Below are positions 1 to 13,639 of a stretch of 64,000 bases of DNA, piece by piece. Origin of the DNA: Octopus sinensis (taxonomy: Eukaryota); assembly GCF_006345805.1 (NCBI RefSeq), contig NC_043005.1, forward strand, positions 51,026,001 through 51,090,000, given 5' to 3'. Made by a program: the position numbers and the translations under genes. Each line of letters starts with the position of its first letter. The first letter of the stretch is position 1. A model generated the notes under the pieces. It did not search any database, was not told the origin of the DNA, and was given only the letters and a program-made list of their open reading frames with translations.

Positions 1-267
1 TTCAGGCCTTATACCTATAGAAGAAAGGATTATTATGCCCTTTTCGGGAGCGTTAGTACACCGGACAAAATGCTTAGGACATTTCGTCTGTTGTTTAAGC
101 TCTGAGTTTAAATTCCACTGAGGTCGACTTTGCCTTTCATTCTGTCGGGGTCGATGATAAAATAAGTACCCATTGAGAACTGGGGTCGAGATAAATGACT
201 TACCCCACCCCTATAATTACTAGGCTTGTGCGAAAATTTAAAGCCCTTACTACTGTGCCTTTTTAAG

Positions 268-475
268 GAGGCGAGCTGGCAGGGTCGTTAGCGCACTGGA
301 AATAAAGGTTTTGCGGCTTTTCGTCTGTCATTAATCTCAATCTCCACTGATGCTGACTTTGCATTTTATCTTTTCGGGATCAACAAAATAAGTACCAGTC
401 AACTACTGGGATCGATGTAATCGACTAACCCCTCCCCTCAGAAACTTCTGGCCCTGTGCCAAAATTTGAAACCAT
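268..475 (+). mobile_element. SINE family A copy (head ggcgagctggcag..., core gtcgactttgcctttcat...gtcgat); a second copy lies immediately upstream at about 30-240
   Basis: Matches more than ten other copies in the window (e.g. 2505-2715, 6484-6695, 21071-21290, 44352-44560 on +; 10839-11052, 15975-16203, 32954-33184, 50420-50635, 56820-57030 on -). Confidence 0.8.
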
Positions 476-534
476 TACTACTATGCCTTTTGCAAGCATT
501 TTATAATATTCCAGTTGTATTACTGTAGTAGCAG

Positions 535-880
535 ATGGCGCATAGCTCAGTGGTTTGAGCGTCGGGCTCACTATCATGAGGTAGTGAGTTCAGTTCCCGG
601 ATCAGGCTGTGTGTTGTCTTCTTGAGCAAGACATTTTATTTCACGTTGCTGCAGTTCACCCAGCTGTAGAAACGAGTTGCAACGTCACTGATGCCAAACT
701 GTATCGGCTTTTACCTTTCCCTTGGATAACATCGGTGTTGCGTAGAAGGGAGGCGGGTACATATGGCAACTGTTGCTCTTCCATAAACAACCTTGTCCGG
801 ACTTGTGCCTCGGAGGGTTACTTTCTAGATGCAATCCATGGTCATTCCCCAAGGAGGTCTTTAACCTGTATTTTGGGGAG
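535..880 (+). mobile_element. tRNA-headed SINE family D copy
   Basis: A-box-like tagctcagtggt and B-box-like gagttcagttccc, then ttgagcaagaca core; similar copies at 25335-25672, 63062-63330 and 9720-9890. Confidence 0.75.
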
Positions 881-1373
881 TAGTCGTGGAGTATTGTACA
901 CTCCCGTGTCAGCCTTGATCTGGCAAATCATAGATCGTACCCATCCTGTCATTATTCATATACAGTGTGAATGTCTAACTAGTCCTACTATACCCAATGT
1001 GCCCTTCAGGTTTTAAGAAGATTGGGCATGATTTCAGAAAAGTTGGACTGCTATTTTTCGTCGGCCGAGCGATTACATTTTGGAAGTCATTGACGATTTT
1101 GCTAGTATCACTGAAATTGTTGTTGTTGTTGTTGTTGTTGTCATTACTGCCTACTGTCATTGTTTTATCTTTTATCTTTAATCTTTCACTTGTTTCAGTT
1201 ATTGGAGTGCGGCCATGCTGGGGCACCACCTTGAAGGATTTTAGCCGAACAAATCAACCCCAGTACTTCTTAACTTTTAAGCCTGGCACTAATTTTATCG
1301 GCTCTCTTTTTTCCGAACCGCTAAGTCACAACACTGGTTGTCAAACGGCGGTGCGAGACAAACACTGACACAG

Positions 1374-1413
<40 letters not shown>

Positions 1414-2799
1414 CACAGGAATCGACCCATGGTAAATTGTGATATGGCTATTGTTCACAACAGAACATATGCAATATGTGGAAAGGTGTGCCTTTCATTT
1501 GGAGGATTGAAAAGGCATGACGAAAGAATTCATACTGTGGCACCTGTTTCTTCTGCCAGCCTGCACAGCCGAGCATTATGTAATAGAATGGGAAAAAACT
1601 TTCGCTGGGCTCAAGAGTCATACAAGAACCTCACATTGCATCAACATTGACTCAGTTCAATGATTCTTTCTAGTAATGACTCTAAAACACTTAAAAAGTT
1701 AAGTAAGAAATGATTAGAACATTTGGCTTCTGACAATACGGAAAAGTTAAGTAACATTTATATAACTCAGACAAAGGTCCTTTTATCAGAAGTCAAAGGG
1801 TTAAAGAAATGTAATGTCATATGGATTACCATACGGGGTAGTTTATGTAAATCTATATTTCTCTACGCGATTCACATTTGATGATGGGTCTTATAAAATG
1901 AAAATGAAAGTTACTTAATTTTCCCTTTTCGAACTGTCAGAAGCTTTCCGTCTTCAATATTAATTTTTCACTTCTGTATCACAACGCTTCAAGCAAGCCA
2001 CGAAGCTCTTCCACCGATGATGTTAGCAGTCCTGCAAAGTCTACAAAATACTACAAAACACTCACACCACATATCCAAACAATTTATTTGCCAACACTTC
2101 AGAAAAATACACATCTTTAACAGTAAAAAACAACAAAAATAATGATAGCATGATAACGTTTCAAACATGAACTACTGTTGCTATCTTCCTCGCCAAAGTC
2201 ACTAGTATACGTACATCAAATATTTAAAAATAAACGCTTTACACACAAAAATAAACTATAAATGTGATGTAAAACATTTTTATATTTTATATAATGGAGT
2301 CATGAACGGTATAAAATAACTCTTATAGAATTAATAAATTTCACCGTCACACACGATATTCATGTAACAATATTTCAGTAACCATTCTCATTAGAAGAAT
2401 CCAGTTTATACTTAAATAAGACAGAGCTTTTTACTGTGGAGGTTGCCTTATCACAACATACATAAAAATAACAGTACTATTCGTTTATATACTAACATTT
2501 ATAAGGCGGCGAGATGCAGAATCGTTAGAACGATGGGCAAAAACTTTGGCGGCACTTCACTCGTCTTCACGATCTGAGTTCAAATTCCACTGAGGTCGGA
2601 TTTGCCTTTCATCGTTTCGGGGTCGATAAAATAAGTACCAGTTGAGCATTGAGGTCAGTGGGATTGACTTACTCCCTACCCCGAAATTACTAGCCGTGTG
2701 CTAAAATTTGAAGCCAATATATCAACATTCGTAACAAGTAGGGAACGGCACATATCGTGAAATGTCAGCTTTTTAGAGAAAAATCTAGCAACATTCAGC

Positions 2800-3178
2800 A
2801 TAATAAAATAATAAACACATACATGCATTATGGCTGCTCCTCGTTATCGCGTATGGCCATTGCACGAAGCTTAGCTGTTACTGGTGCTGTGATCGAATGT
2901 GACTTTTTAGCCCAGCTAAGGATCTACAATGTTTTGTACAAAATTGGCAACTGAAACCTTTACTGGTAATAGCCGGCTGTAGTTGTAACTGGGCTTCATG
3001 TACCTTTGCATGTCGTTTAAGTCCTCCTGCCGAATTACACTCTCTTCCACATGCCCGACAGATATAATTAGTATGGTGTGTAACACCACCACCAGTGGCC
3101 AGGTTGTCACTCATCTGCCTCGTTTTATGACTACGAAGATGACTCTTGAGTCCAGCTTTACTGAGGCAGGGTCTTGCA
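2800..3178 (-). mobile_element. 5'-truncated LINE 3' end (RTE-like) encoding three C2H2 zinc fingers
   Basis: CARPCLSKAGLKSHLRSH, CRACGRECNSAGGLKRHAKVH, CQFCTKHCRSLAGLKSHIRSQH, followed by a short 3' end (tggccatacgcgataacgaggagcagccataat); no splice acceptor, and the 5' side runs into (TATG)n. Confidence 0.6.
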
Positions 3179-3262
3179 CATACATACATACATACATACA
3201 TACATACATACATACATACATACATACATACATACATACATACATACATACATACATACATG
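3179..3262. repeat. (TACA)n microsatellite
   Basis: Directly visible. Confidence 0.97.
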
Positions 3263-3287
3263 CATGCATGAAACCGTAACTACATAA

Positions 3288-3780
3288 CACATTTTTCTTG
3301 AAGTTATGAACTGAATACTGATTTATTTAACTGTTGTAAAAGAGTGAAAGAAAACCCCGCTCTTGGATATACATCAACCGAAGCAACAAGTCGCGTATTT
3401 GGTATGGGAGACTATTTATCGTAAATACAATGAACACTCTCTCCAGCTTTGAAACCACAACTATCAGCCGTGTTAAATAACTGGTTAATCTTGAGAGGAA
3501 TTAACTTAGGGAGACTTTTATTCACGATCGTAGTGATTTTCGACTGAAACTTGACTTTACTATGCATATAGTTACTACCAAAAACAAGGCTGGACACATC
3601 AGCAACAACACAGCTGGGGAACAGAATGAAAACAACAGCTCAACAGGTAAACAAATTCTTCCTAGTCGTCGTTATACAAGAGCTGTAACCTCAAAGCACA
3701 CTTTTCTTGGAGTTATGAATTGAATATTGATTTATTTGTTATAAAAGAGCGAAACGAAACCCCGCAGTCGGATATATGAA
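3288..3780 (-). mobile_element. Possible PLE remnant with an ~85-bp diverged direct repeat (3288-3375 / 3697-3780)
   Basis: The repeat is visible; minus ORF 3412-3597 loosely resembles the region preceding a GIY-YIG domain. Confidence 0.4.
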
Positions 3781-3989
3781 TAGATTGAAATCATACTGGA
3801 ACGATCGGCACCCAAAACTAAATCATTTTACTGCGAAACAATTACGTCAACAGGTAACAATTGTGGAACATAGGAAAACAGTTAGTGAATGTAACTTTAT
3901 AGAAAAAAAAGATCTGAAATTAACCTTCTCCCAAACAGTATAAACGAAAACATGAATGATATTAGAACACGACGTGATTTAACAGTAAA

Positions 3990-5035
3990 CGTCATTCCAA
4001 CAGATATTATACTGCTTGCCAGCCAAACTACATTACAGGCTAAAATAACTGACTACTGTTCCTCTACTACAAGTATAGTAAATAGCAGGCACAACAGCAA
4101 CGTTCATTGTAGTTTTAGTGGTTGAGGTTATATGTTGGTGAAATATGCCCTTAGTAAATGTTTTCATGACAAAGCAACTTTGGTTTTGAAGTACTCTTTC
4201 TTCGAAAGAATATTCTCTACAGAAATAATCAAAAGACCAGAGGCTGATAACATTATGAGACATGGAAGGCAGCTCCGTGAGCAGCGATTTTTGTCTGATA
4301 ACCTTGAATACATGCCCAAAGAAGACGCACAATTCTACTGCAACGTATCATCAGATGAAAGGACGAGAGCATATATCAGCAGATGTCCATGCATGGATAT
4401 GTTAGCAGAAAGCTCCGGAATGATACTAATATTGATCAGCAAAGTAGTCTATCGTGGCCCAACAACCGGATTACTAACTCCCACTTTGAAGGTTATGCTT
4501 TTGCAATCCAGGAACAGGAAATATCAAGCAAATACCTAATACACAAAAGGGACAGAGACGCAGGAAAAGCACCACAGTGTGATAACCAATGCAGACTTTG
4601 TGTGGCTAACACCGAAGATGTCACCCGCATCATAAGCATTTGTTCTAAAATTTCATCACGGTATCATCTATCGAAGAGACATGATGTTGTAGCTAAAACA
4701 CTGTATAACGAGATCCATCGAAAGATAACTTTGAGGCTAAAGAATTAAGAACCCACAGTATGGTAGAAGCCATAGCTACTCATAATATAAAGGAGTACTG
4801 GTGGAGTATCTCAGTGAAAACCTCAATACAGTGTAAACATAATAAACCTGACATAGTGAATTGAAACGGAGAAGAGATGCTGTATACAGTTGTGGAGGTC
4901 AGCTGCCCAGCAGATGTTAACATAAAGCTAAAGATCAGCGAGAAAGGAAATAGCTACGTTGAACTATTGAGAAATCTACACTTATTCTATCCAGATTACA
5001 AATTCAGATTTATACCTGTAATTATTAAATCCATG
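3990..5035 (+). mobile_element. Degenerate R4/Dong-type (RLE-endonuclease) LINE ORF fragment
   Basis: EGYAFAIQEQEI, CRLCVANTEDVTRIISIC zinc knuckle, RHD motif and downstream KPDIV-type endonuclease motif; frameshifted. Confidence 0.8.
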
Positions 5036-5639
5036 TAGAAGTTGAACAGAGAACATCATACGGATATCTGCGCGTTTGTCATTTGGGGCCCTGTCATAAC
5101 CCACTGATCTAAGAATGTAAGTACGAATAATCTTAACTTTCCCATTTTTATCCTGTTTGTAATATAATAATACATTTTAACTAAAATTATGAGAAAAAAA
5201 TCTTAATTAATTAAATTCATTACCTATCGTTTCCGTTTTCTGAAGTGGCTGAAAAAAAAAATCAATCAAGATAAGTGTATTGTTATTGTGGGTGTAATAG
5301 TATGTGTGCTGTGATTGTGGCCCTTTGATAATATGCAAATGGCTTCTTTATTATTATTACATTAAAAAAATATTAAACTTTAATTTTTAAATACAATTTA
5401 AGAACAACGCATTCACCAGATTCCAAAGATTATACCAGAACAATAATTTTCTTTTTAACAAAAAAAAAATTAAGAAAGAAATTCAATTATAATTGTTACG
5501 CATGGAAAATGTTTTCTTCCGTTAAAAAGAATTAAAGAAAAAACCAATTACCTTAACTAAATGAAATAAAGTAATAGAAGCACTCGAATATTTGCGACAA
5601 TATTAATTACTTTTATCCCTAATTTACAGATGGTGAAGC

Positions 5640-6265
5640 GAGGCTGTATGGACATATTTTTTATCAAGCCGAGACATCCGGTTGCTGAAGGCAATACTGA
5701 AACAAGACGGCGATGTGAATGAAACCGAAGTATTGCCGACAAAAGGAATTCTTACTAGCTTCACTCGGAAATATGACTCCTCATACATTCAATTTGCTTT
5801 TGTAGCCACGAATGATGGGGGAGTGCAAAAACCGCAGTTTGTTATTTGTGGAGATGTGTTGGCTAAGGACTCAATGAAGCCATCAAATTTCAAGAGACAT
5901 TTAAATACAAAACATAAAGAAATGAGTTCAAAGCCGAAAGTGTTCTTTGAAGGAAAGCATGTTGATTTAAAAGGCCGTCAGAAACAGATTTTTGAAGTAT
6001 CACACATAAATAATTGTGCTTTGAGAGCTTCTTATAAAAAGCCATACACAATCGGTGAGACGCTAGTGATAGGCTGTTTTCAAGATGTCTGCATGGAAAT
6101 GCTAGGCGAGCCGGCGGCAAAGAAAGTGGATCAGGTGCCACTTTCAAACGACACTATACCTCAGTGAATTCATGATCTGACTCACGATATGGAAGATCAG
6201 CTCATAGACAGATTAAATTAGCTAAGTACTTTTCTTTGCAGCTTGATGAATGTATAGCCTTTGTT
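5640..6265 (+). mobile_element. hAT (Charlie/Buster, ZBED5/FAM200-like) transposase N-terminal fragment
   Basis: KPQFVICGDVLAKDSMKPSNFKRHLNTKH BED finger, KKPYTIGETLV and VPLSNDTI motifs; stop at 6167. Confidence 0.85.
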
Positions 6266-6886
6266 AATCAGACATTTCTGATGGTGTACATTTGCTAAAA
6301 AGTGGGGAAATGTAGCGAAAATGGTCCGTGTGAGTGGACCTACTCTAAAAATGCGTCTGTAGGCTAGTGAATTTAAGAGAGAGAAAGGTGTCCCTCCCAG
6401 GTGCCCTCAAAGTCCCCACTGACCATATCTACTGGTGGCCAATAAATGAAGTTATTATTATTACTAATAATATTACTATCAGGACGGCGAGCTTGCAGAA
6501 TCGTTAGCGTGCCGGGCAAAATACTTAGCAGTATTCCACCATGTCTACGTTCTGAGCGCAAATTCGGCCGAAGTCGATTTTGCCTTTCATCCTCTCGAGG
6601 TCGATAAAATAAGTAGCAGCTGAACACTAGAGTCGCTGCAATTGACTCATCCTCACTTCCCTCAAGATGCCCTTGTTGCCAAAATCTGAAATAATAATCC
6701 TTGTTATTATTCATTTTGTTCCTCGCGAAGTACGTGTGCATTCATCTTTACTATATTTTTTAAAATTCAATTTTAGAATGATTGAAGCATGTGTTTGAAA
6801 ATTACGAAACATATTGAACTTATTTAGCGTGTGACTTTGGCCTACCCGGTGTACACACACACACACACAGATATATATAAATAGAC

Positions 6887-6961
<75 letters not shown>

Positions 6962-7440
6962 ATGTGTATTTTTAAACGCTTGCAGGTGCGGTAATTTTTC
7001 TAAGGGAGATCCCTTTAAAAACGAACAGTGTTAAAAAAAAAAAACACCATACTTCAAAGTTTGGCGAAATGAATGGGAACGACATACATCGATATTTTGC
7101 AGGGTTTATATTTTCTTTGTTGTTTTGTTTTGTTCTGTATTTCTTGCTCATTAGTGTCGTACACTCGCCTCACTTCCAAACGAATCCGAATTGGTAGCCT
7201 GAAAGAGAAGAACAAACGTATGTAAATAGTCGTATGTGCATAATTTGACTTCACTAACCTTCCACCGAATTACACAGTCAAAATACGAGATGTATATTCT
7301 CTCACAAATTATATTATTGAATGAGACTTCAAACCGCTCGAATACTGCTGTATTACGAGCATTTTTTCCCGGAATAGTAGATACAAAGAGCAATATTAAC
7401 ACCATGATTAATGTATGTATGCATGTATGTATATATGTAT

Positions 7441-7848
7441 AGGTGCAGGAGTGGCTGTGTGGTAAGTAGTTTGCTTACCAACCACATGGTTCCGTATTCA
7501 GTCCCACTGTGTGGCACCTTGGGCAAGTATCTTCTACTATAGTCTCGGGCCAACCAAAGCCTTGTGAGTGGATTTGGTAGACGGAAACTGAAAGAAGTCC
7601 GTCGTATATATGTGTATGTATATGAATGCGTGTGTGTGTTTGTGTGTCTGTGTTTGTCCCCCAACATCGCTTGACAACCGATACTGGTGTGTTTACGTCC
7701 CCGTAACTTAGCGGTTCGGCAAAATAGACCGATAGAATAAGTACTAGGCTTACAAAGAATAAGTCCTGGGATCGATTTGCTCGACTAAAGGCGGTGCTCC
7801 AGCATGGCCGCAGTCAAATGATTGACACAAGTAAAGAGAGTAAGAGAA
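7441..7848 (+). mobile_element. tRNA-headed SINE family B copy
   Basis: gtggctgtgtggtaagt head, internal (TA/TG)n, and gccgcagtcaaatgactgaaacaagtaaaagag tail; other copies at 12120-12335, 20562-20940, 28038-28560, 29360-29782, 31021-31565 (+) and 21555-22050, 25793-26234, 27292-27700, 31590-32185, 59300-59730 (-). Confidence 0.85.
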
Positions 7849-8119
7849 AACTATCCACACCAACACACATGTACAGCAAGGCCTAACTAGGCGCCACCTG
7901 CTTCCCAGAGCAATAGCCAAAAAATTTCCCAACTTCCCTCGAACTTAAGTCGTTTTTTTTAAAAAACTTTTTACTTGTTGAAGTTATTGAACTGTGACCA
8001 TGCTGAAGGGTTTTATCGATCGAACAAATCGACCCCAGGACTTATTTCTTAAAGTCTGGTACTTATTCTATCAGTCTCTGCTTCTAAATTGTCAAGTGAT
8101 GCTGGGGACAAAGGTAAAC

Positions 8120-8159
8120 ATATACATACATACATATATATACACATACATACATACAT

Positions 8160-8192
<33 letters not shown>

Positions 8193-8476
8193 TACATACA
8201 TACACACATACATACATACATACAAACATACATACATACATACATGCATACATACATACATACATACATGCATACATACATACATACATACAAACATACA
8301 ACATACATACATACATACAAACATACATACATACATACATACAAACATACAAACATACATACATACATACATACATACATACATACATACAAACATACAT
8401 ACATACATACATACATACATACAAACATACAAACATACATACATACAAACATACATACATACAACATACATACATA
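8120..8476. repeat. Long compound (TACA)n/(AACA) microsatellite
   Basis: Directly visible; source of the MYVC/HTYI artefact ORFs. Confidence 0.97.
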
Positions 8477-9200
8477 TGTACGGCGGGGTTCTTCCGGTTT
8501 CCGCCAAACAAATCTACTCACAACGCTGTGGTCGGCTCGAGTCAGTAGTAAAAGACACTTGGTCAAGATGCTTTGTGGTTGATACGCAAACGTCTTACAA
8601 CACAGCCACACTACCTAACAACTGTTCTCATAACAGACACTCGCGTACGTACGCACGCATGGCCGTGCGTACACGCACGCATACACACATATACACACAT
8701 ACACACAACCAAGCAAACAAATAATAAAGAAAACAACTTGCCTTAGAAGCTTCAAAAAATAAATCAAACAAAATCGAACGAGTCCTATCAAAAAACGGAA
8801 TCGGGGTTTTTCAGAATTCGACATTAACAGCAGCCAGCAACCTTGGACACTGGCACTACAGCACATACACTCAGCAAAATAGTTATAGACGAATCTGAAA
8901 GCATATTTCACAATGCAACATTAAAAGAATATGACCCCAATTACACATCAGAAATAGCCGGCCTCATTTCAGAACAGAGTTATCCTTGAATAAAGTACAT
9001 CAAAGCCATACACAAGCTCAATAAAATGCATCAAGCAACTAAACAAAGACATAAATAAATAAATAAATAAATAAATCATTGTAAAACATGAAACTACCAA
9101 ATATTTGCATTCAACATAAACCATAAAACGTTATACAGTATTAAAGCATTATGAAAAATATTCGGCAGCAGTAGTAATAGCAGCGACAGCAGCTGCAGTG

Positions 9201-9706
9201 GAGACGCAATGGTCCAGTGGTTAGGGCAACGGACTCGCGGTCGTAAGAACGCGGTTTCGATTCCCAGACCGAGCATTGTGAGTGCTTATTGAGCAAAAAT
9301 ACCTAAGGTCCACAAGGCTCCGGCCGCGGCGAGGAGTGAACCATGCTATACTTTTTCACCACAACTTTCTCTCACTCTTTCTTCATACTTCTGCCACAAA
9401 GCAGAGGAACCATGGTGTAACCCACTATGGTGTGGTAAACTTCCAGACCCTAGTGTAGATTGCGAATCCTCTGTACCACAGGATGGTTCAGCTCTCCACC
9501 TATTAAAAAGCGACCGTTTACGGAATGAGGATAATAGCGTAGCTTTCGCGCCCGTGCAACCACCAGTCTATCGCGTGTGGTGGGTGGATCTTCGAGTTGC
9601 CACACGCATTCTAAGTAGCTTAGAGTAGGCTCGAATTAGAGATTATTCTTTGTGGCTAATGACGTGAGTCCTGATTGAAAGAAGAAGAAGAAGAAGAAGA
9701 AGAAGA
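9201..9706 (+). mobile_element. SINE family C: tRNA head, LINE-like 3' part, (AAG)n tail
   Basis: gcaatggtccagtggttagg A-box and ggtttcgattccc B-box; a reverse copy at 36313-36845 ends in (TTC)n; head-only copy at 18269-18530. Confidence 0.8.
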
Positions 9707-10034
9707 AGACAGCAGCCATGTCACAAAAATCATAATCGCGTAGCCTAGTAGTTAAACTGTTGCACTCACGATCGCAAGATCTTGGTTTCGATTCCCAGAC
9801 CGGCCGTGCGTTGTGTTCTTGAGAGCAAAACACTTCATTTCATGTTACTCTGACTCAGTTGTAAATGATAACTCTGCAACGGCCTGACATTCCGATAAGG
9901 TAGAATGTTAGCCTGTCCGCCCAGCCAGCGAAGTGGCATCGTGCGAAAGCTACGACAATGAGGTCAAACACACTATGACAAGCCCAGCAGTGTATAGTAA
10001 AATCCGATTGCCTGGTCGATGCAGTGTTAAAGCG

Positions 10035-10100
<66 letters not shown>

Positions 10101-10116
10101 TATATATATAATAATA

Positions 10117-10192
<76 letters not shown>

Positions 10193-10267
10193 ATATATAT
10201 TAGGGAATAAATCCAAATTTACAAGGAAAAATCAGATTAAAATTGAATCCAACTTATAGTAAAATAT

Positions 10268-10424
10268 TATATTATAATAAATTAGAGACAAAACCACTAT
10301 TATGCAAATCAAACAAAGAAAGACTTAAGCCAATACATAAAATATTTTATTTTATGTATTGGCTTAAGTCTTTCTTTATTTGATTTGCATAATAGTGGTT
10401 TTGTCTCTAATTTATTATAATATA
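10268..10424. repeat. Near-perfect palindrome, 76-bp arms, 5-nt loop
   Basis: 10268-10343 is the reverse complement of 10349-10424 with one mismatch. Confidence 0.95.
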
Positions 10425-10659
10425 TATATATCACCCATTCCCTTCTGGTCATTTCAAAATGTAACTACATGCGGATCGTTGCCGATTTTTTCTTCCGCCT
10501 TCCTTTAATCTCTGTCTCCCTTTTCTGAAGATGACCTTTGCCCGAAACGTAAAACTACTTTTCTTTCCTTCCCTGAGCGTCTGCTAATAATTTTCATGTA
10601 CCACGTCCTCACGTTGTTGTTTTTTTCTCATTGGATTAACTGTGTGTGTGTGTGTGTGT

Positions 10660-10702
<43 letters not shown>

Positions 10703-11335
10703 ATAAACAAATTAGATATAAAAGTTTGGCTATGAAATACGAAATATGCATATATGTATACATGCAAAACGTGAGAAAGCAAAAGGTAGAGACTTTCAAA
10801 AAAGGAATATTTAAGTGTAAATATACAGATATTTACATTGGTTTCAAATTTTGGCTCTAGGCCAGTGATTTTAGGGAAGGGGGCAAGTCGATTACATCGA
10901 CCCCAGTGCTCAACTGGTGCTTATTTTATCGACCCCGAAAGATGAATAGCAAAGTAGACCTCGGCGGAATTTGGACTCAGAACGTAAAGCCGGACGAAAT
11001 AACGCTAAACATTTTACCCAGCGTATTAACTATTCTGGCAGCTCGCTGCCTTATATATAGATATCTATGTTAATAGATCCAACTTATACGGAGCACAAAT
11101 GACTAAGAAATGTAAAGGGGTGGATGAAAGGTGTTATAAGTCCAACAGCTGCTTCCGGGTGCTCGGAGATTTATCATTATGTTGGTATAAGTAGTCCATC
11201 ACAATGTTCGCCGTAATGGAAGGAGTCACATTGGATAAATCGAGCCTCTGTCATCAGGGTATAAAAGATCTTACATATCAGGTCATAATACACAGAAGTT
11301 CAAAGGTGGAATATATATACAGTGTAGTAATACAG

Positions 11336-11373
<38 letters not shown>

Positions 11374-11382
11374 TATATATAT

Positions 11383-12034
11383 ATACATAAATATTAGAGA
11401 GTGACCACTATGTGGTTCACTCTAGTGCTAAAAATAGCTCCGCTAATGGTATAGCCACTAAAAGTTGTTTCCAAGAAGAAATACCACTACATTTAACGTA
11501 AGGTAAGTGAAACACAACGAAAAAATAGATTAACCCTGAACAATTGTTTCATTATTAATGTAATATGCAATTTTACTTACACAACATCCATAAATCTTCA
11601 GCAGAGGTTTGTCTTAAATACAATTTATTAAGTCGCAGCGAGCGTCAAATACACGTGCGGTTTAATCGATTGTATTCGTAGTTATGATTCAAATTTCCCC
11701 GCCAAAAGAGCGATAAGACTTACTGGAAACGAGTATTGCATAAAATATTTACTGCAGTATAATTAAACTTATAAATGAGGGTGAAAAATTTGATAATCTA
11801 TTTTTTCGTTGTGTTTCACTTACCTTACGTTAAATGTAGTGGTATTTCTTCTTGGAAACAACTTTTAGTGGCTATACCATTAGCGGAGCTATTTTTAGCA
11901 CTAGAGTGAACCACATAGTGGTCACTCTCTAATATTTATGTATAAATTTGTATTTTTCCCTGGGTTTTTATGTGCTAAGCCACTTGGTGTTAAATTGATG
12001 GTATTATTAAATTAATATCAAATTTTTCACCCTC

Positions 12035-12041
<7 letters not shown>
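11383..12041. repeat. Interleaved inverted repeats: 150-bp arms (11383-11532 / 11794-11943) plus 26-bp arms (11770-11795 / 12016-12041)
   Basis: Arms read as exact reverse complements; the block is flanked by (TA)n on both sides. Confidence 0.93.
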
Positions 12042-12123
<82 letters not shown>

Positions 12124-12670
12124 TTGTGTGTCTGTGTTTGTCCCCCCCCCAACATCGCTTACAACCGATGCTGGTGTGTTTACGTCCCCTTAACATAGCT
12201 GTTCGGCAAAAGAGACCGATAGATTTGTACTAGGCTTACAAAGAATAAGTCCTGGGGTCGATTTGCTCGGTTAAAGGCGGTGCTCCAGCATGGCCACAGT
12301 CAAAAATGACTGAAACAAGTAAAAGACTAAAAGAATAATTGCGAATAATTCTGCAAATTAATGAAATAAATACAGAAAATTGCTATACTCTTCATGTTGA
12401 GTCATATTTGTATTTAATCAGTTCTGTTATACACTTAAAGGGGAGAGAAAGAGAGCGGCACACAGACGACCAGCCAGACAGACAGACAGGAGTTGATGCA
12501 TTCTATAATAAAGTGCTCCCTCACGAAGCACAGAGAAACAAGAGTCATATTCGGTCTCACAAACAAGATCTTAACTTTGATGTGTTTACTGTTTAGAGCT
12601 CCGCCGCAACATTTCTATTGATCTTAAATACAGAACAGAATACTATTAAGTTCCTGCTACAAAGAAAGAT

Positions 12671-12781
<111 letters not shown>

Positions 12782-12795
12782 CATACATACATACA

Positions 12796-12839
<44 letters not shown>

Positions 12840-13403
12840 TGAAGGCAGGTACAGATATATTTCTTCGATATCCCTTCCAGCTAATCCCCTTCTGAACAGA
12901 ATAAAGGCTAAATGTATAGATGGTGAGCGTTTCCCAGTGCATCGCTAGCGCATCATTGTTTTTCAAAGGTTTCTGACATTTACAAACTTTACAGACCAAA
13001 TATACTTTGCATTCGAAATGCTATTTGGAGTTTTAGAGTTATCATGAAAGGGATATCCAGTGCGATAGCGCAGCCATGATTTCACATAACATACGGTAGG
13101 CATCACAGCGAACACAATAACAAAGCCTCGGAGACTTGTTCATAAATTGGAGAGAAGTACTATTTTTTATATATAGTTTAGAAATGGTGAATGAAAAGAG
13201 AGGTAACTTACAATTTTCTCATTCTCCCGCTCTAATTCTTTCCCTCTCTCCCCCTCTTTCTGAACAGGGATTTTTGTATGTATGTATGTATGTATGTATG
13301 TATGTATGTATGTATGTACGTATGTATGTATGCATGTATGTATGTATGTATGTATGTATCTAGCTATCTATCTATCCAGCCATCCATTCATCTATCTATC
13401 CAC

Positions 13404-13457
<54 letters not shown>

Positions 13458-13474
13458 GTCTGTCTGTCTGTCTG

Positions 13475-13511
<37 letters not shown>

Positions 13512-13524
13512 ATCTATCTATCTA

Positions 13525-13556
<32 letters not shown>

Positions 13557-13639
13557 ATCTGCCTTTGCGTGCATATTTATGTTTTGTTTGATGTATGTGT
13601 TCTTATGCATATAGTTGCATATCTAGACATGCTCATATA

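Noticed and set aside
7994-8724. Several 110-210 aa ORFs on both strands (MYVC/HTYI repeats); similar ORFs at 13278-13646, 27991-28626, 46092-46678
   Set aside because: Translations of (TACA)n, (TA)n, (CA)n and (TCTA)n microsatellites, which lack stops in some frames
9201-9275. tRNA-like sequences (also 535-605, 18269-18340, 25335-25405)
   Set aside because: They are SINE heads continuing into SINE bodies; no convincing complete cloverleaf or acceptor stem
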